Position numbers and translations under genes: made by a program | Assembly: GCA_041686025.1 (NCBI GenBank) | Contig: JAWLEP010000049.1 | Coordinates: forward strand, 1-17,453 | Length of the DNA: 17,453 nucleotides | Reading direction: 5' to 3' | Source: Candidatus Fermentibacteraceae bacterium | Lineage (GTDB): Bacteria > Fermentibacterota > Fermentibacteria > Fermentibacterales > JCC-6 | Notes under the pieces: generated by a model | What the model was told of the DNA's origin: nothing | Seen by the model: only the letters and a program-made list of their open reading frames with translations | The model's database searches: none | Shown here: piece after piece, positions 15,284-17,453 of the stretch | Numbering within the stretch: the stretch's first letter is position 1 | Layout: each line of letters opens with the position of its first letter

Positions 15284-15980
15284 GAGACAGAAGGGAGCGG
15301 AATCGGTCCACCGGCCTGCGGGCCGGAAGCCTCCTGCGCTTGAGGAACTCTATCACGGAGGGCTCTTCCAGCCTGAGGAAGGGGTCCACCTCTCTCTCCC
15401 GGCCCAGAGTCTCCATTATGCCCCGGGGATCGTAGTCTTTGCGGTAATCGTCGATGTGCGGGTTCTCCGGCTCCACCATTGCGGCGAAGTCCATGTACTC
15501 CTCCACGTAGTCGTGACCCCCGCATATGATGGTGCGGGAGGGCAGGGAGTCGATGCGTCGGATGGAACGGTAGAACCCCTCCACGTCGCCGCTGAAGCAG
15601 CGTCCCACCTTACCGCAGAAAAGGGTGTCACCGGTGAGGAGGAAGTCGCCGGTCTTCAGGCACACCGAGTCTCGGGTGTGGCCCGGGGTGTGCATGATGG
15701 AGACGGCCTGGCCGTCCACCTCGATGCTTCCGCTCTGAACGAGGTCTACGGAGGACATGCGGCGGGCGTCCGTCTCCTCCAGGAGCCGTTCGTTGCCGCA
15801 CGTGTGGTCGGAATGGGAGTGGGTGTTCAGGACCAGCGCGAGCTCCAGGCCCTCATCCTCGAGGGTCTGCAGTATCTCGGGCACCGCCCCGCCGTCAACG
15901 GCGGCGGCTTCCCTTTCGCCGCAGAGAAGGTATGCCAGGTTGGTCCTGCCGTATCTGAATTGAACAAGCCTCAGCGGCAT
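15279..15980 (-). CDS. Metallo-beta-lactamase-fold hydrolase, hydroxyacylglutathione hydrolase (glyoxalase II)-like, 233 aa
   Basis: NTHSHSDHTCGN, HTPGHT, LTGDTLF, GGHDY, C-terminal TLGREREVDPFLR (GloB-type). Confidence 0.88.
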   Translation of the reverse strand: MPLRLVQFRYGRTNLAYLLCGEREAAAVDGGAVPEILQTLEDEGLELALVLNTHSHSDHTCGNERLLEETDARRMSSVDLVQSGSIEVDGQAVSIMHTPGHTRDSVCLKTGDFLLTGDTLFCGKVGRCFSGDVEGFYRSIRRIDSLPSRTIICGGHDYVEEYMDFAAMVEPENPHIDDYRKDYDPRGIMETLGREREVDPFLRLEEPSVIEFLKRRRLPARRPVDRFRSLLSL

Positions 15981-16003
15981 CGTCCTCTTCCCGTCCGGGC
16001 GGG

Positions 16004-16034
16004 GACGGGCCGGGACGGGGTGCCCCGGCCCGTC
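16004..16034. terminator. GC-rich 11 bp stem-loop downstream of dodecin
   Basis: GACGGGCCGGG-9 nt-CCCGGCCCGTC, 8 nt after the dodecin stop; no U-tract. Confidence 0.45.
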
Positions 16035-16042
16035 ATGCCGGA

Positions 16043-16246
16043 CTACTCGTCCAGAACGAAGGTCACCTTCATGTCCACCCGGAAACGGGAAACGCTGTTT
16101 CCGTCGATGTCAACGTTGAACTCCTTGATCCAGGCTCCCTGGATGTTGTTGAGGGTCTTTCCCGCCCTCTCGATGCCCTTCCTGATGGCGTCCTCGAATC
16201 CCTCAGTGGAGCTGGAGCTGATCTCTGTTACCTTGGCTACCGACAT
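16043..16246 (-). CDS. Dodecin family protein (67 aa)
   Basis: MSVAKVTEISSSSTEGFEDAIRKGIERAGKTLNNIQGAWIKE...FRVDMKVTFVLDE; SD GAAAGGA before ATG 16246 (start revised from 16306). Confidence 0.9.
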   Translation of the reverse strand: MSVAKVTEISSSSTEGFEDAIRKGIERAGKTLNNIQGAWIKEFNVDIDGNSVSRFRVDMKVTFVLDE

Positions 16247-16419
16247 ATCGTTCCTTTCCGTTTGGCAGAAACCTCTATCACCCCTCGCCTGCGGGACGGT
16301 CCGCAACGAAGCCTCATATGGCTAATTACCTCATGTTGCCGCCGCGGTACATGGGGCTTTCCCCGATTCGGCAGTGCCTGTATCTTCGATCCTCACTCCC
16401 GCTTCGGAAGGTGGTTCGC

Positions 16420-17453
16420 ATGGGTGATGTGGAGCTCTTCGTCCCGGGAAGGCTGTGCCTCTTCGGAGAGCACTCCGACTGGGCGGGAAGCTATCGCAGC
16501 AGCGACCCTTCTCTTCCGGTGGGGAGGTGCCTGGTTGCGGGCACCGACCAGGGCCTGTGGGGAAGGGCCCGACCGGCCGACGGCGTCTTCGAGATCGGCC
16601 AGGTGGGACCCGACGGTGCGCACTCCCCCCTGCACAGCCATCCGGCAGACCCCGCAGCTCTGCGCCGGGTTGCCGCGGAAGCCGACTTCAACGCCTACGC
16701 GGCGGGGACGGCGGCGGTGGTGCTGGAGAGATTTCCGGGGATCGGCCTCAGCCTGGACGTCTTCCGGCGCGACCTGCCTCTGCGCAAGGGACTTTCCTCC
16801 TCGGCTGCGGTGTGCGTTCTCACCGCCAGGGCCTTCAGCCGGGTTCACGGCCTGGGACTCTCCGTAGAGGAGGAGATGGACCTGGCCTACCGCGGCGAGC
16901 TGCTGACAGGGTCGGAGTGCGGGAGGATGGACCAGGTCTGCGCAGTGGGCAGGGCGGTGACCGACCTGCGCTTCGACGGGGAGTCCATGTCCCTGGAGGA
17001 GGTGGATCCCGGATCCCCCGTGCACCTGCTGGTTGTGGACCTGGGGGTGGGCAAGGACACCCGCCGGATACTGGCGGACCTCAACGGCGCGTTCGCAGCC
17101 GGAGACCGCGAAGTGCGGGATGCCCTGGGGCCTCTCAACCTGTCCATCACCGCCAGGGCGCGGCAGGCGCTGGAGGCCGGCGACATGGAAACCCTGGGCG
17201 GGCTGATGCGGAGGGCCCAGATGGAGTTCGACCGCCGCCTGGCTCCGGTGTGCCCCTCCCAGCTGGCAGCACCCCGGCTGCACGCCGTCCTCCGCCACCC
17301 GGCGGTGCAGCGCCACGCCTGGGGCGGCAAGGGCGTGGGCTCAGGCGGCGACGGCACCGCCCAGCTGCTCTGCCGCGGGCCCTCGCACCGGGAGGCCCTG
17401 GCCCGGCAGCTGGCCCCCCACCTGGGCGTCCGCTGCCTCCCCCTCACCCTCTC
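16420..17453 (+). CDS. GHMP-family kinase (galactokinase/mevalonate-kinase-like); 3' end outside window
   Basis: Not in the ORF track; hand translation from ATG 16420: MGDVELFVPGRLCLFGEHSDWAG...LPLRKGLSSSAAVCV...CGRMDQ...GGKGVGSGGDG (GHMP motifs I, II, III); open to the window end. Confidence 0.9.
   Translation, partial: MGDVELFVPGRLCLFGEHSDWAGSYRSSDPSLPVGRCLVAGTDQGLWGRARPADGVFEIGQVGPDGAHSPLHSHPADPAALRRVAAEADFNAYAAGTAAVVLERFPGIGLSLDVFRRDLPLRKGLSSSAAVCVLTARAFSRVHGLGLSVEEEMDLAYRGELLTGSECGRMDQVCAVGRAVTDLRFDGESMSLEEVDPGSPVHLLVVDLGVGKDTRRILADLNGAFAAGDREVRDALGPLNLSITARARQALEAGDMETLGGLMRRAQMEFDRRLAPVCPSQLAAPRLHAVLRHPAVQRHAWGGKGVGSGGDGTAQLLCRGPSHREALARQLAPHLGVRCLPLTL

Noticed and set aside
865..16045. 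Genome-wide TAG reassignment suggested by two in-frame TAG junctions
   Set aside because: TAG ends mvhG, flavoprotein 1 and dodecin at expected lengths, and no internal TAG interrupts any conserved domain.
1..17453. CRISPR arrays, tRNA/rRNA, transposases/integrases
   Set aside because: None seen; nearly all sequence is accounted for by the CDSs above.

Overview
GC-rich window, probably from an anaerobic bacterium (taxon not determinable from sequence alone). It is dominated by two divergently transcribed, paralogous redox operons that share a ~500 bp control region (8598-9099). The leftward operon (- strand) encodes a hydrogenase maturation protease, hdrC, hdrB, hdrA, mvhD, an SdhB/FrdB-like Fe-S protein, an SdhA/FrdA-like flavoprotein, mvhG and mvhA (group 3c [NiFe]-hydrogenase, truncated at the window edge). 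The rightward operon (+ strand) encodes hdrA fused to a degenerate, Cys-depleted MvhD domain, hdrC, hdrB and a second SdhB-like/SdhA-like pair, with no hydrogenase. No membrane anchor or Flx/DsrC genes are present. The flavoproteins keep the dicarboxylate catalytic residues but have an unusual architecture: ~93 aa N-terminal extension, no covalent-FAD His, short C-terminus and an altered substrate pocket. The best candidate for an undescribed system is a soluble, possibly heteromeric Mvh-Hdr-'Frd-like' electron-bifurcating complex. The window ends with a GloB-like metallo-beta-lactamase, a dodecin and a GHMP kinase that runs off the right edge.
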